From Octopus vulgaris (Eukaryota): a stretch of DNA of 64,000 nucleotides. The stretch covers positions 214,706,001-214,770,000 of the forward strand of contig OX597815.1 in the NCBI GenBank assembly GCA_951406725.2, in the 5' to 3' direction. The position numbers were made by a program, and so were the translations under genes. Below, piece by piece: positions 61,755-64,000 of this stretch. Position 1 is the stretch's first letter, and the number at the start of each line of letters is the position of its first letter. The notes beneath the pieces were generated by a model. The model did no database searches. It was not told the DNA's origin and worked only from the letters and a program-made list of their open reading frames with translations.

Positions 61755-62216
61755 TGTATATATATGTATGTATGTATATATATATGTATATGTATGTCTT
61801 TTATGTTTTGTCTTTTACTTGTTCCAGTTTTTAGGCTACAGCTATTCTTGGGCTGTGCCTTTAAGAATTTTTAGTTTCATGTATCATCTACACTACATTT
61901 TATTTTTTAAAGCCTGGTACTTATTTTATTAGACATTAAACAATGATGATGATGATGATGATATATATTTATATATATATATACACACACATACACATAT
62001 ATACATATGACAGTATTTTTTTCAGTTTAGTAGAAGATACTTGCCCAACGTCCCACACAATGGGACTGAACCCAGAAACATGTGGTTTTGAAGTAACCAT
62101 TTTATCACACAGCCATGCCCATGCCTAGTACACGTGTGTGTGTGTGTGTGTGTATATGTGTATGTATGTATATATGTGTGTGTGTGTGTATATATATGTG
62201 TATGTATGTATATATA

Positions 62217-63241
62217 TCTATATATATAAAACTGAGAATGTGTGTCTGTCTGTCTGTCTGTCTGTGTGTTTCCCTAAAACTTGAGAACTACACAACCAAT
62301 TTCATTCAAATTTTACACATGCCTTACTTAGGGTCCATGTACTTTCATGGGCAAAAAAAGTGTTCAACTTCTTGCCTAGAGCGAGCCCATAGCAATATCA
62401 TATCTTCTCCACTATTTCAGTATTACATGTTAAAAGTGAAACAAAAACATTTCTCTATTTTATGTCAGATACTTTCACTTTAACAATAAAAATAATAATA
62501 ACAATTGAATTATATGTAGTAAGTAATAATTAAAATCAAACTAAAGTATAATGTAATCATAACATAACAAAAGTAAAAATAGCAATTGGTATAAAATTGC
62601 ATCAATAACTTGAACTTGAATAAGTGGTTTCACATGAATGGGAATAAATTAAAAATAAAATTAGCGTGCAGAAATGGAATAGTCCAGATGGATAATAAAA
62701 AATTTAATCAAAGAAAAGACTATTGTCTATAAAGTATACAATGTAGAGAAAAAAGATTTGAACACCTGGAGGAAAGCACCATCGAAAAGTGTCTTGGTGC
62801 GACTATGAAAGATATCTAACCAGAGGCGGTAAATTCACCACAATGGAAGCAAGGTTCGAGTCAACAGAGCGTGCAAGGGAGTACTCGACTCAAACTTGCA
62901 AAGTGGAAATATTTTATTTTTACCTTTATATCTGGGACATAGGACGTCCCGGATAAAAATTTAAAATGTTCCCCCCACCCCAGCAGTAGAGGTAGGCTGG
63001 ATTGTAGCCACACTTCTATACAAGAGGGAGGACAAGATACAATTGATCGAAATTGCAAGAGACGGGCTTACAATTCCAGTCTGTTATATATTTTGAGTAT
63101 TGTTATCACTAGCGATATCAAGATATAACTTTGTATTTTGTATTTTATGTGTAGATGTATATATATAGATGTACATGTAATATATACACATATATACATG
63201 CACTAGCACTATGACCCAGCAACGACGGGTCATAATGCTAG
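62217..63241 (+). mobile_element. non-autonomous Helitron
   Basis: A|TCTATATATATAAAA 5' end with a (TCTG)n tract; subterminal hairpin TATGACCC..GGGTCATA (63210-63234); CTAG|T 3' end. Confidence 0.85.
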
Positions 63242-63559
63242 TATATATATATATGTATGTGTGTGTGTATAATATATGTATATATACGTATGTGTGTGTG
63301 TCTGACGAAGCCTTCCAGCTTCACAGACCCCAGTTGACCCGTCCAACCCATGCTAGCATGGAAAGCGGACGCTAAACGATGATGATGATGATGATGATAT
63401 ATATATATATATATATGTTCTGCTGTCTAAAAATCAAAATAACCACCAAACAGCTCAACTTTATTAAGAATTGTACACCAAGGCCATCTACTCAGCTGTC
63501 GGATGACTCAGGCTCCAGAGGGTCAAGCTAGCAGACTAAGGTGCATGCTACTGATCAAC

Positions 63560-64000
63560 ATCAAAAAGATCATACACAATGAAATTAGCCTTTTACCGAA
63601 AGAGAAAAAGAATCCTGCAACATAGATTTAGAAAAATCCTGAAGGATACTAAGTTGAACATAAAAGTCATGGAAAAACCAAGGAGATCTATCAGATCAAT
63701 AATATGCAAAACATGCCCCTTCAGAAAGACCATGTATGTTGAGGAGAACTGTGTAATTTGCAAATATAGCCCTGGTGTCAACTGCAAAACCAGAAATGTA
63801 ATTTACCAAATAAACTACATGGATGGTGATTGTAAAACCAGAAGACTTCATATATAGGTGAAATGGCAAGAAGTTTGGCCTAGCATATAAATGACATTGG
63901 AGGGAGTACAAGGATCAAAGACAAAGCTTGATACTTTACCAGCTTGCCAAAGAACAACATGGTGGTGTGCTGAAGTGGATTAGCAGAGAAATCCTGTCTA
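63560..64000 (+). mobile_element. Penelope-like element GIY-YIG endonuclease fragment (decayed)
   Basis: KVMEKPRRSIRSIICKTCPF..CVICKY..NCKTRNVIYQI, then (frameshifted) YIGEMARSL. Continues beyond the window. Confidence 0.8.

Overview
AT-rich, microsatellite-dense eukaryotic DNA, most likely an octopus genome: three abundant tRNA-derived SINE families resemble the octopus OK/OR types. No intact protein-coding gene is present, and almost all six-frame ORFs are microsatellite or SINE read-throughs. The window reads as a giant intron or intergenic tract filled with SINEs, decayed non-LTR retrotransposons (RTE, CR1, R4/Dong), Penelope-like elements (PLEs), a mariner relic, Tc1/mariner, hAT and piggyBac MITEs, and Helitron/Helentron derivatives. 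Five signals stand out. (1) Many minimal type-I hammerhead ribozyme motifs with palindromic helix III, including one fully intact copy (10690-10761, minus strand) and one U3-A8 compensated core variant; most lie in fold-back inverted repeats. (2) A PLE family whose 3' region joins a tRNA-like Pol III promoter to a hammerhead. (3) A strong 3' splice site immediately followed by a perfect 5' splice site (recursive-splicing-like) that opens a 46-nt ATG-containing exon at 52215-52260. (4) A ~860-bp tandem array with 1720-bp higher-order period, whose unit fuses a decayed Ig-like, GPI-signal-like coding segment with an RTE endonuclease fragment and a SINE fragment. (5) An 84-bp near-perfect tandem repeat whose unit encodes a signal-peptide-like sequence. 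All boundaries were read by eye and are approximate unless motifs are quoted.
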